Source of the DNA: a virus
Lineage: Duplodnaviria > Caudoviricetes
Direction: 5' to 3' (one strand)
DNA length: 26,649 nucleotides
Virus record (IMG/VR): IMGVR_UViG_3300049782_000019
Span: 1-26,649 of that record
The notes under the pieces are model-generated. The model did no database searches. It saw only the letters and a list, made by a program, of their open reading frames with translations, and was not told the origin of the DNA. Both the position numbers and the translations under genes were made by a program. The stretch's first letter is position 1; every line of letters begins with the position of its first letter. This document shows positions 6,538 through 15,121 of this stretch, in pieces.

Positions 6538-6975
6538 ATGGGCGCACGAGGCCCGATTCCCAAGCGCTCAGAGGAGCGCATGGGTCACCGCTCGAAGCAA
6601 GAGAAGAGTTCCCGGGTCCAGGCCCCGTCGGGCCCGCCGGTCGACCTGCCGGACCTGCCGGACCCGGATGAGCTGTGGCATCCGATCGCGCGCGACTGGT
6701 ACCTGTCCCTGCAGGAGTCGGGTCAAGCGCAGTTCTACGAGCCGTCGGACTGGGCGATGGCCCGGTACGCGGCCGAGTTGATGTCGCGAGGTCTGTCCTC
6801 GGACCGGCCGCCGAACGGCCAGTACATCTCGGCGCTCGACAGCGTCATGGCCCGCCTGCTGACCACCGAGGGGGACCGGCGCCGGGCGCGGATCGAGCTG
6901 GAGCGGAAGCCGGCCGGGCCACAGTTGGCGTCGGTGAAGCCGCTGGATGCGTACCGTGACCTCACGGGTGGCTGA
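6538..6975 (+). CDS. terS: Terminase small subunit
   Basis: MGARGPIPKRSEER...WHPIARDWYLSLQESGQAQFYEPSDW...LLTTEGDRRRARIEL, actinophage TerS type; immediately upstream of terL. Confidence 0.88.
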   Translation: MGARGPIPKRSEERMGHRSKQEKSSRVQAPSGPPVDLPDLPDPDELWHPIARDWYLSLQESGQAQFYEPSDWAMARYAAELMSRGLSSDRPPNGQYISALDSVMARLLTTEGDRRRARIELERKPAGPQLASVKPLDAYRDLTGG

Positions 6976-8695
6976 CGGGGAAGTCCCGGAGGTCGTCGAG
7001 CCGTTCACGATCGGGCCCACGTGGAAGCGCGGCCCGGACGGTCGGTTCATTCTGCCGGAGTACACGCTGGGCTGGCACTGCCTGGCCTGGACGGCCACGT
7101 ACCTGCAGCACTACGTCGGGGCGCCCTGGCGGTACACGGCCGAGCAGGCCCGGCTGACGCTGTGGTGGTACGCGATGGATCCAGCGACGAACCGGTTCCT
7201 GTGGCGGGACGGCGTGATCCAGCGGCTGAAGGGCTGGGGCAAGGATCCGCTGATCGCGACGTGGTCGGCGTTCGAGTTCGTCGGCCCGTGCCGGTTCGGT
7301 GAGATTGCGGACGAGGGCAACGAGTGGGGTGTCCCGGCTGGGCAGCCGCTCGGTGTGCAGCATCCAGCGGCCTGGGTGCAGATCGCGGCCGTGAGCCAGG
7401 ACCAGACGCGGAACACGATGACGCTGTTCCCGTCGATCCTGTCGAAGCGGGCGATCGAGGAGTACCGGATCGACCTCGGCAAGGAGATCATCTACGCCGA
7501 CAAGGGGCGGGCCCGGATCGAAGCGGTGACGTCGTCGCCGCGCGCGCTCGAAGGTGGCAGGCCGACGTTCGTGTCACTGGGGGAGACGCACCACTGGGTG
7601 GAGTCGAACCAGGGCCACGAGATGGCCGCGGTGATCGAGCGCAACGCCACCAAGAGCGCGGATGGTCAGGCTCGGACGCTGGCGAACACCAACGCCTATG
7701 AACCTGGCGAGGATTCCGTCGCGGAGCGCACCCGGGAGGCGTTCGAGTCGGCGGAGGCTGGCCGGTCGGTGGATACGGGCCTGTTCTACGACTCGCTGGA
7801 GGCCCCGGCCGAGGCGAAGCTCACCGAGGAGTGGATCGCGCCGACACTGCGGGCGGTCCGCGGGGACTCGGTGTGGCTGGACATCGACCGGTTGAAGGCG
7901 TCGATCCTCGACGTGCGGAACCCGCCGTCGCGGTCGCGCCGGTTCTGGTTCAACCAGATCGTGGCCGCGGAGGACGCGTTCCTCGCTCCCTATGAGTGGG
8001 ACGCGTGCCGCCGTGAGGGTGTCGGGCTGCAGCAGGGCGACGAGATCGTGTTGTTCTTCGACGGCTCGAAGAGCGACGACGCCACGGGCTTGGCCGCGTG
8101 CCGCATGTCGGACGGCTTCGTAACGGCCCTCGGGGTGTGGCAGCGGCCGGCGAACTGGCCGCAGGACGTGCCGTGGCGGGTGCCGCGCGAGGAGGTCGAC
8201 GGCACGGTGGATCAGGTGTTCGCGGACTACCGGCCGATCGCGTTCTTTGCTGACCCGGGCGCTGGCCACGACGACGCGGACGGCGAGCGTTACTGGGATG
8301 GCTACATCGACGCCTGGGCGCAGCGGTACGGCAAGAAGCTGAAGCTGAAGGCGGTGACGGGCGGTACGAACCGGCACGCGGTGCTGTGGGACATGCGTGA
8401 TCGGCGCCGTCAGCAGGCGTTCACGGAGGCTGTGGACCGCTTCTACCGGGATGTGCTGGAGCGGCAGTTGGCCCATGACGGGCACCGGGTGCTGCGGCAG
8501 CATGTCGCGAACGCGCGGCGCCGCACGAACCAGTGGGGCTACACGATCGGTAAGGAGCACCGCGAGTCCGCTCGGAAGATCGACCTGGCGGTGTGTGCGA
8601 TCGGGGCGCGGATGCTGCGCCGGATGATGCTGAACTCGACGGCGTGGGCGAAGCGCGGTCGGCCCGGCAAGGGAAGGGTGGTGGTCCTCCGATGA
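6968..8695 (+). CDS. terL: Terminase large subunit (575 aa)
   Basis: Walker A-like RLKGWGKDP, Walker B-like FVSLGETHHW, coupling motif TNA, nuclease motifs FFDGSKSDDATGL and KIDLAV. GTG start overlapping the terS stop. Confidence 0.95.
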   Translation: MADGEVPEVVEPFTIGPTWKRGPDGRFILPEYTLGWHCLAWTATYLQHYVGAPWRYTAEQARLTLWWYAMDPATNRFLWRDGVIQRLKGWGKDPLIATWSAFEFVGPCRFGEIADEGNEWGVPAGQPLGVQHPAAWVQIAAVSQDQTRNTMTLFPSILSKRAIEEYRIDLGKEIIYADKGRARIEAVTSSPRALEGGRPTFVSLGETHHWVESNQGHEMAAVIERNATKSADGQARTLANTNAYEPGEDSVAERTREAFESAEAGRSVDTGLFYDSLEAPAEAKLTEEWIAPTLRAVRGDSVWLDIDRLKASILDVRNPPSRSRRFWFNQIVAAEDAFLAPYEWDACRREGVGLQQGDEIVLFFDGSKSDDATGLAACRMSDGFVTALGVWQRPANWPQDVPWRVPREEVDGTVDQVFADYRPIAFFADPGAGHDDADGERYWDGYIDAWAQRYGKKLKLKAVTGGTNRHAVLWDMRDRRRQQAFTEAVDRFYRDVLERQLAHDGHRVLRQHVANARRRTNQWGYTIGKEHRESARKIDLAVCAIGARMLRRMMLNSTAWAKRGRPGKGRVVVLR

Positions 8696-10131
8696 GCATG
8701 ACCATCCCCGAGCTTCCTCTGCTGACGCTGTCGGACGACGAAGTGCAGCTGCTGACGGCGCTGCGGTCGGATCTGCTGGGCCAGCGGTTCAAGCTGGAGC
8801 TGCTGGACGCCTACTTCAACGGCGAGCAGGTCATCCGGGACCTGGGCATCAGTATCCCGCCGCAGCTGAAGACGCTGCACACGGTGATCGGCTGGCCGCG
8901 GATCGGTGTGGAGTCGCTGGAGCGCCGCCTGGATCTGGAGGCGTTCCGCTGGGCCGACGGATCGGACGCGGCGGATCTGGAGGAGATAGCCGAGTCGAAC
9001 GACCTGTACGACGAGGCGAGCCTGGCACACCTGGACGCGCTGACCTACGGCCGCGAGTACGTGTCGGTCGGCTCGGGCGAGGCGGGCGATCCTCCGCTCA
9101 TCACGTTCGAGTCCCCGCTGGACATGACCCTGTTCTGGGACGCGCGTCTGCGGCTGGCGACGGCCGCGCTTCGGGAGTCCGTCGAGGGCGGGGAGCGGAT
9201 CGTCACCCTGTACCTGCCGGACCAGACCGTGTATGCGGCCGAGGTCGATGGCGGGTGGGACGTCTTCGACCGGGACATCCACAATCTCGGCATCGTGCCG
9301 GTGCTGCGGATGGCGAACCGGCAGCGCACCGCGGACCGGGTCGGCAAGTCAGAGATCACGCCCGAGGTCATGTCGATCACGGATGCGGCGTGCCGGCGGC
9401 TCATGGGCATCGAGGTGGCAGCCGAGTTCTTCGGTGCGCCGCAGCGGTACATCCTCGGCGCGTCCGAGAGTGCCTTCCAGGATGCGGAGGGCAACGCGAA
9501 GTCCGCCTGGGAGACGTACATCGGCCGTGTGCTGGCGCTGGAGCGGGACGAGGACGGCAACGTGCCGACCGTGGGAGCGTTCACCGCGCACGATCCGTCC
9601 GGCCAGACGAAGATCATCGATCTGTATGCGCGGATCATGGCGTCTCAGCTCTCGGTGGCGCCTCACGTTCTCGGCTACAACAGCGACAACCCGGCGAGCG
9701 CGGACGCGATCCGCTACGCGGACAACGCGCAGGTGAAGAAGGCGGAGCGTTGCATCCGCCGTTTCTCGGCGACGCACCGCGACGCGATGCGGCTCGCGTT
9801 GTGGTTCCGGGACGGCGAGCCGCCGGACAAGACCCGGCGCATCGAAACGGTGTGGCGGAACCCGGCGACGCCGACGATCGCCGCCCAGACGGACGCCGCG
9901 GTGAAGCTGGTCCAGGCGGGCATCCTGCCGGCGGACGGTGACGTGGTGCTGGAGATGGCCGGGCTGAACGAGGACCAGCGGCGCCGGGTCGCAGCCGAGC
10001 GGCGCCGCAGCGCGGGCGCCGCGGCGGGCGGGCAGCTCATGGAGCGGCTGGCGCAGCTCGCCGACGGCGGCACGCCGCTTCCGTCGGCCGCGGAGGTGAC
10101 CGGTGGCGACGACGGTCTCGGACAGCAGTGA
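8692..10131 (+). CDS. Portal protein (SPP1 gp6-like, 479 aa)
   Basis: ATGA overlap with terL; motifs YFNGEQ, HNLGIVPV...NR...GKSEI, AEFFGAPQRYILG, NPASADAI, WRNPATPT. Confidence 0.93.
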   Translation: MSMTIPELPLLTLSDDEVQLLTALRSDLLGQRFKLELLDAYFNGEQVIRDLGISIPPQLKTLHTVIGWPRIGVESLERRLDLEAFRWADGSDAADLEEIAESNDLYDEASLAHLDALTYGREYVSVGSGEAGDPPLITFESPLDMTLFWDARLRLATAALRESVEGGERIVTLYLPDQTVYAAEVDGGWDVFDRDIHNLGIVPVLRMANRQRTADRVGKSEITPEVMSITDAACRRLMGIEVAAEFFGAPQRYILGASESAFQDAEGNAKSAWETYIGRVLALERDEDGNVPTVGAFTAHDPSGQTKIIDLYARIMASQLSVAPHVLGYNSDNPASADAIRYADNAQVKKAERCIRRFSATHRDAMRLALWFRDGEPPDKTRRIETVWRNPATPTIAAQTDAAVKLVQAGILPADGDVVLEMAGLNEDQRRRVAAERRRSAGAAAGGQLMERLAQLADGGTPLPSAAEVTGGDDGLGQQ

Positions 10132-10876
10132 CGGCGCGAACCGCTTCCGGGCCGCGCAGATCGGCCTCACCAGGCTGCTGGTGCGGGATGTGCGGGGCAT
10201 GCGGCGGCTGATCCTGCCGCAGCGGCTGCGCGAGTCGGTGCCGGACTGGCTGGCGGCGATGAACGCGGTGGTCGCCCAGTACGCGCGGGTGTCAGCGGCT
10301 TTGGCGGCGGACTTCTACGACGGACAGCGGGAGGCCGCCGGCGTGCCGGGGACGTTCACGGTGCCGCTCGCAGATCCGCCGCCCGAGCAGCAGACGGAGG
10401 AATCGCTGCGGTGGGCGGTCAAGGACTTGTGGCCACGCGAGCCGAAGGAGGCGACACCGGCCCAGCTGCAGCCGATGGATGTCCGCCTGATGCAGGCGGA
10501 GAAGAAGGCCGAGCTGGTGGCGCAGAAGCTGGTGGCGGACACGGGCCGTGGCACTGTCCGGGAGGCGGTGCGGCAGGACCGGCAGGCGACAGCGTGGGCA
10601 CGTTCGGCGGCCCGGGGGGCGTGCGCGTTCTGCAAGCTCCTCGCCTCCCGCGGCGCGGTGTTCAAAGAGGACACCGCCGATTTCCGGGCGCACGACGGCT
10701 GTCATTGCGGCGTGATCCCGGTGTTCCGCGGGCAGCGGTTCGAGCCGTCCCCGCAGGCCCGTGAGTGGGAGCGCATCTACCGCGAGTACGCCCAGGGCCA
10801 CTCCGGCGACCAGCTTCGTCTGTTCCGGCGGGCGCTCGCCGAGCACGACAGCAACCCGCTGCCTGCTGCTCACTGA
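10103..10876 (+). CDS. Head morphogenesis protein (L5 gp15-like capsid maturation protein / MuF-like minor capsid)
   Basis: Between portal and scaffold; WAR....ACAFCKLLASRG..F......HDGCHCGVIP zinc motif. Confidence 0.8.
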   Translation: MATTVSDSSDGANRFRAAQIGLTRLLVRDVRGMRRLILPQRLRESVPDWLAAMNAVVAQYARVSAALAADFYDGQREAAGVPGTFTVPLADPPPEQQTEESLRWAVKDLWPREPKEATPAQLQPMDVRLMQAEKKAELVAQKLVADTGRGTVREAVRQDRQATAWARSAARGACAFCKLLASRGAVFKEDTADFRAHDGCHCGVIPVFRGQRFEPSPQAREWERIYREYAQGHSGDQLRLFRRALAEHDSNPLPAAH

Positions 10877-10887
10877 CCAACCCCTAC

Positions 10888-10925
10888 GGCCGTCCTGGTG
10901 GCGGCCCTTTCTGCCCCTGGAGGGC
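10888..10925 (+). promoter_or_regulatory. Two CUGG(A/U)-loop hairpins in the scaffold leader
   Basis: GGCCGTC-CTGGT-GGCGGCC (10888-10906) and GCCC-CTGGA-GGGC (10913-10925, containing the SD). Confidence 0.55.
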
Positions 10926-10934
10926 GACTTCACC

Positions 10935-11528
10935 ATGCCTGAGAACGAGGAGACGACCGAGCAGGTCGCGACGGAACCGCAGCAGCCGGAGACCGCCCCG
11001 GAGGCGGAGCAGGCGAAGACGGATCCGTGGGCGGACCCGGAGGCGGCGCGCAGGGAGATCGAGAAGCTGCGCCGGGAGGCGGCCAAGTACCGCACGAAGG
11101 CCGGCGAGCTCGAGCCGCTCGCCAAGCGAGCGAAGGAACTGGAGGACGCGCAGAAGTCCGAGCAGGAGCGGCTCACGGAGCAGCTCCGTGCGGCGGAGGA
11201 CCGGGCCAAGGCGGTGCAGCAGCGCGCGGTGCGCGCGGAGGTGCGGGCCCTGGCCGCGGACGGGTTCGCCGACCCGGACGACGCGCACGCCTTCCTCAAC
11301 CTCGACGACTTCGTCGGGGACGACGGCGACATCGACACCGACGGTATCCGCAAGGAGCTCGGCGAGCTGCTGAAGCGCAAGCCGCACCTGGCGAAGCCGG
11401 TCGACAACTCGCCTCGTTCGCCTCGCCCGGACCGCACGCAGGGCTCCTCGGGCAACGGCAACCGTTCATCTTCCGATCCCGGCGTGATCTTCGCAGGGAT
11501 CATGGACCAGGCCCTGAAGGGCCGCTGA
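10935..11528 (+). CDS. Capsid scaffolding protein (197 aa)
   Basis: Acidic N-terminus, coiled coil (IEKLRREAAKYR...KSEQERL), LLKRKPHL, PDRTQG; directly upstream of the capsid gene. Confidence 0.88.
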   Translation: MPENEETTEQVATEPQQPETAPEAEQAKTDPWADPEAARREIEKLRREAAKYRTKAGELEPLAKRAKELEDAQKSEQERLTEQLRAAEDRAKAVQQRAVRAEVRALAADGFADPDDAHAFLNLDDFVGDDGDIDTDGIRKELGELLKRKPHLAKPVDNSPRSPRPDRTQGSSGNGNRSSSDPGVIFAGIMDQALKGR

Positions 11529-11541
11529 GAGGAAGCCCTCC

Positions 11542-12495
11542 ATGGCAACCAACCCGATCAAGCTGAGCGACGTCGACGCGACGTTCCTCCCCCCGACCCT
11601 CACGGGCCCCATCTTCGAGAAGTCCGTCGAACAGTCCGCGGTCATGTCGCTGGCCCGCCGGGTGCCGCTCTCCATGAGCGCCAACACGGCCGTGCCGGTG
11701 CCGCTGGACGTGCCGACCGCGGACTGGGTCGAGCAGGCCGGCCGGAAGCCGCTGGGAACGGGCGGCGTCGACATCAAGCAGATGACCGGCAAGAAGATCG
11801 CCGTCCTCATCCCGGTCGCGATGGAGGTCGTGCAGTCGAACGCGGCGGGCCTGTGGACGCAACTGCAGAACGACCTGCCGACGGCGTTCTCCCGCGCGTT
11901 CGACCGGGCGGCGATCCACGGACGCACGATGAAGGGCGCGGTCGGCCCCTTCCCGGACTACCTCACCCAGACCACGAAGTCCGTCGCGCTGGGCACGACC
12001 ACGCAGGCGAACGGCGGCATCTGGGGCGACTTCGTCTCCGGCATGGGCGAAATCGTCGACGACGACTGGGACTACACCGGCACCGTCGCCGACCACCGCC
12101 TGAAGACCCGCCTGCTGGGGGCGACGGACACGACCGGCCGGCCGATCCTCGTCGACACCACCCAGCCGGGCACCGGCGCCGCGCTGGCGGGAACCCTGGT
12201 CGGTGAGCCGATCGCCTACTCCCGCAGCGTTTCGGGCAAGCTGCGCCGCCAGTCGGGCACCGTGGACTCCGGCCTGCGGGCGATCGGCGGGGACTGGTCG
12301 CAGACCGCCTACGGCGTCGGCATGGACATCACCGTGCGGATCTCCCGCGAGGCGACGTACATCGACGAGGACGGCGGCGTCCACTCCGCGTTCCAGGAGA
12401 ACCTGGTGCTCCTCCTCGCGGAGGCGTACTACGGGTTCGTCCTGGGCGACCCGGAGGCGTTCGTCAAGTTCACTGGCACCCCGTCGGGGTCCTGA
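11542..12495 (+). CDS. Major capsid protein (HK97 fold, 317 aa)
   Basis: GAGAGGA RBS; A.WVEQAGRKP, KKIAVLIPV, AFDRAAIHG, FQENLV...AE...GF...DPEAF. Confidence 0.93.
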   Translation: MATNPIKLSDVDATFLPPTLTGPIFEKSVEQSAVMSLARRVPLSMSANTAVPVPLDVPTADWVEQAGRKPLGTGGVDIKQMTGKKIAVLIPVAMEVVQSNAAGLWTQLQNDLPTAFSRAFDRAAIHGRTMKGAVGPFPDYLTQTTKSVALGTTTQANGGIWGDFVSGMGEIVDDDWDYTGTVADHRLKTRLLGATDTTGRPILVDTTQPGTGAALAGTLVGEPIAYSRSVSGKLRRQSGTVDSGLRAIGGDWSQTAYGVGMDITVRISREATYIDEDGGVHSAFQENLVLLLAEAYYGFVLGDPEAFVKFTGTPSGS

Positions 12496-13517
12496 TGGGG
12501 GCGGTCCCGGCTTCCGCGCCGGGCGGGGCCGCGCTCCGTATCGTGGCCCGCGTCCATCTCATGCCGCCGCAGCACAACGCCGGAGCCGAGCACATGCTCG
12601 TCTCCATGCTGCGGCCTCTGGTGGAGCGCGGGCACGACGTACAGGTGTGGCTGTCCCGGTACGGCAGAGCCGTGGAGCCCTACGCCTACCGGGGCATCCA
12701 GGTGGTGCCGCTAGAGGCGCGGCTCGACTTCCCGACCGCGGTCCGCAAGGCGGACGTGCTCATCTCGCATCTGGAGTGCGTGCCGCATACGACGGCGCTG
12801 GCACGCGGTTACGGCAAGCCGGTGGTGGTGATCTGCCACAACACGCACCGGCCTACGTTCCGGGACATGGCCTCGGGCGGCACCGCGCTGGCGGTGTACA
12901 ACAGTCAGTGGATGGAGCGGGAGGCGGAGCTGTTCTTCGCCGAGTACCCGAAGGCAATCCGGCCCGCGGCCAGCCTGATCGTGCGCCCGCCGGTGTTCGC
13001 CAGCGAGTACGCCACCAGGCCCGGCAAGGCGGTCACGCTGATCAACTGCAACCCGGAGAAGGGCGGCCGGGTACTGGAGAAGCTGGCCCGTCGCATGCCG
13101 GACCAGCAGTTCCTAGCGGTGAAAGGCGCCTACGGCGAGCAGATCCTCCCCGACCTGCCGAACGTCGAGATCGTCGAGCACGTCGACGGCGCTGAGATGC
13201 GGGAGGCGGTGTACGGCCGCACGCGGGTGCTGCTGATGCCGTCGTCCTACGAGTCGTGGGGCCGGGCCGGCGTCGAGGCACTCGCCTCGGGTATCCCCGT
13301 GGTTGCGCACCCGACGCCGGGCCTGTGCGAATCGCTCGGCGAGGCCGGCGTGTTCGTGGACCGCACCGACATTGACGGCTACGAGGCGGTGCTGCGGAAG
13401 CTGCTGCAGCCCGCGGAGTACCGGCTGGCGTCAAAGCGGGCCCGGGCCCGAAGTGCCGAACTGAATCCGACTGCCGAGCTGGCCGCCTGGTGCGATGCCG
13501 TGGAGGCCCTGGCATAG
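12495..13517 (+). CDS. Glycosyltransferase, GT-B fold, family 4
   Basis: N-terminal AGAE...L...LVERGHDVQV, EKGG, and C-terminal LMPSSYESWGRAGVEALASGIPVVA..TPGLCESLG (EX7E motif). TGATG overlap with the capsid stop. Confidence 0.9.
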   Translation: MGAVPASAPGGAALRIVARVHLMPPQHNAGAEHMLVSMLRPLVERGHDVQVWLSRYGRAVEPYAYRGIQVVPLEARLDFPTAVRKADVLISHLECVPHTTALARGYGKPVVVICHNTHRPTFRDMASGGTALAVYNSQWMEREAELFFAEYPKAIRPAASLIVRPPVFASEYATRPGKAVTLINCNPEKGGRVLEKLARRMPDQQFLAVKGAYGEQILPDLPNVEIVEHVDGAEMREAVYGRTRVLLMPSSYESWGRAGVEALASGIPVVAHPTPGLCESLGEAGVFVDRTDIDGYEAVLRKLLQPAEYRLASKRARARSAELNPTAELAAWCDAVEALA

Positions 13518-13526
13518 GAGGTGGCT

Positions 13527-13943
13527 GTGGCGTTCGTGACCCCGACAGCCGAGCAACTCGCCCTCTACTTGGACTTGTCGGAGATCCGCGCGGACCGGGC
13601 GGAGCTGCTGCTTCAGCAGGCCGTCGCGCTGGCCGAGACGGTGGTGAAGCCGCTGCCGGACCAGGCCACTGCGGTGGTCCTGTCGGTGGCGGGCCGCGCT
13701 TACGTCAACCCGCAACAGGTTTCCTACGAGACCATCGGCCCCATGTCGGTGCAGCGCCCCCAGGGCTCTGGCGGCCTGTACCTGACCAAAGCCGACAAGA
13801 CCGCTCTCAAAGCGCTGGCGGGCCGCGGGGGAGCGTTCACCGTGGACCCGACCCCCGCCACCGCCGATCCGTCGCCGACCTACCCGGCCGACGACGACTA
13901 CGGGCCGCCGCTGGAGTGGGAACCCGGCTGGGGGTGGGTGTAG
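13527..13943 (+). CDS. Head-to-tail adaptor
   Basis: AGGAGG then GTG at 13527; V..RAYVNP....ETIGP.S......GGLYLT..D motif. Confidence 0.8.
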   Translation: MAFVTPTAEQLALYLDLSEIRADRAELLLQQAVALAETVVKPLPDQATAVVLSVAGRAYVNPQQVSYETIGPMSVQRPQGSGGLYLTKADKTALKALAGRGGAFTVDPTPATADPSPTYPADDDYGPPLEWEPGWGWV

Positions 13944-14306
13944 GTGCCCGCCCCGTACCCGTTCGGGGAGACGGTGCGGATCCTGCGCACCGGCCCCTCA
14001 CCCGGCCGGGACCCGCGCGGCCAGCCGCTGCCCGGCCCGGACGAGTCCTTCGATGTACCCGGCTGCGTGGTCACCCCGCGTGAGCAGGCGCCGTCGGTGG
14101 GCGGGGCAGAGCAGCAGGGCCGCGACACGGTCATCGTGGGGTGGACGGTGTACGCCCCAGCCGGGACCGTCATCCGCACCACCGACAAGGTCCGCATCCG
14201 CGGGACCGTCTGCGACATCACCGGCGATCCCGGCGACTGGGGCCGCAACCCGTTCACCGGCTTGCGCGGGCCGGTGCAGTTCGCAGCGGACCGGGTCACC
14301 GGCTAG
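13944..14306 (+). CDS. Head-to-tail stopper
   Basis: ETVRILR..RDPRG...VYAPAGT.I..TDKVRIRG....I.G.P..W; gene order. Confidence 0.8.
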   Translation: MPAPYPFGETVRILRTGPSPGRDPRGQPLPGPDESFDVPGCVVTPREQAPSVGGAEQQGRDTVIVGWTVYAPAGTVIRTTDKVRIRGTVCDITGDPGDWGRNPFTGLRGPVQFAADRVTG

Positions 14307-14318
14307 GAGGGAGAGGTC

Positions 14319-14645
14319 ATGGCAGCTCGTTTCAAGCTGAAGAAGAAGGGCGTGGGCCAGTTGCTGCGATCAGAGATGATCCGCGGTGATCTGGTGCGCC
14401 GCGCAGAAGGCATCAAGGAAACGGCTGTCGCGATCTCCCCGGTCGGCGGCTCTGGCGACCCGCATCCGGGCCAGTACAAGGGCTCCTGGGAGGTGTCGAG
14501 TACGAGGCGCGGTGGCCGCCGCCGTGACCGCGCCGTCGCCTACGTTCGGAACGGCACGTACTACGCCCGCTGGGTGGAGTACGGCACCGAGCGCGTCCCC
14601 GCGCACCACGTGCTGCTGCGGGCTGCGGCGTCGGGTGGCGACTGA
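14319..14645 (+). CDS. HK97 gp10-like neck/tail completion protein
   Basis: AGGAGG RBS; SPV...GQYKGSW...YARWVEYGT...HHVLLRAA. Confidence 0.8.
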   Translation: MAARFKLKKKGVGQLLRSEMIRGDLVRRAEGIKETAVAISPVGGSGDPHPGQYKGSWEVSSTRRGGRRRDRAVAYVRNGTYYARWVEYGTERVPAHHVLLRAAASGGD

Positions 14646-15046
14646 TGGCCGCCGTTGGTTCCGTCGACGTCGAGCTGGAGGTCATGGTGTGGCTCCGCGC
14701 CCGCCTCGACCCCGACGTCGTGGTCCGTGACGAACTGGACAACAACCTGCTCAACGAGCTGCCGACCGTGCAGGTACAGCGTCTCCCGGCCGGAGGCGAC
14801 GACGGAATCCGCCTGGATCGGGCGCTCGTCGACGTTGACGTGTATGCCGGGAGGCGGGCGGACGCGATCGCGTTGTCGGCGACGATCCGGGGCCTGCTGC
14901 TGGGGGAGTTGCGCGGCAGCTCGACGAACGCCGCCGTATTCGGCCGGGTGGGCACGGTCAGTGCGCCCGGGATCCGCCCCTACGAGAACACGTTGCTCCG
15001 CCGCGTCGGGGCGACCTACGAGATCTTCTGTCACCCGGTCTCCTGA
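14645..15046 (+). CDS. Tail terminator protein
   Basis: TGATG overlap; DVE..V..WL, LP.VQVQR..GG.D...LDRALVDVDVYA; precedes the major tail gene. Confidence 0.8.
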   Translation: MAAVGSVDVELEVMVWLRARLDPDVVVRDELDNNLLNELPTVQVQRLPAGGDDGIRLDRALVDVDVYAGRRADAIALSATIRGLLLGELRGSSTNAAVFGRVGTVSAPGIRPYENTLLRRVGATYEIFCHPVS

Positions 15047-15078
15047 CCGGTCGGGCCCGCGCCGGACCCTGTAACCCT

Positions 15079-15099
15079 GACCCCGCCAGCCGCGGGGTC
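15079..15099 (+). other. Stem-loop upstream of the major tail gene
   Basis: GACCCCGC (15079-15086) / GCGGGGTC (15092-15099), 5-nt loop. Confidence 0.55.
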
Positions 15100-15121
15100 T
15101 TCGCATGTCTGGAGACCCTTC

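Noticed and set aside
12481-12500. Capsid-glycosyltransferase fusion by -1 frameshift at TCG GGG TCC
   Set aside because: No proper slippery heptamer; the TGATG overlap is explained by ordinary translational coupling.
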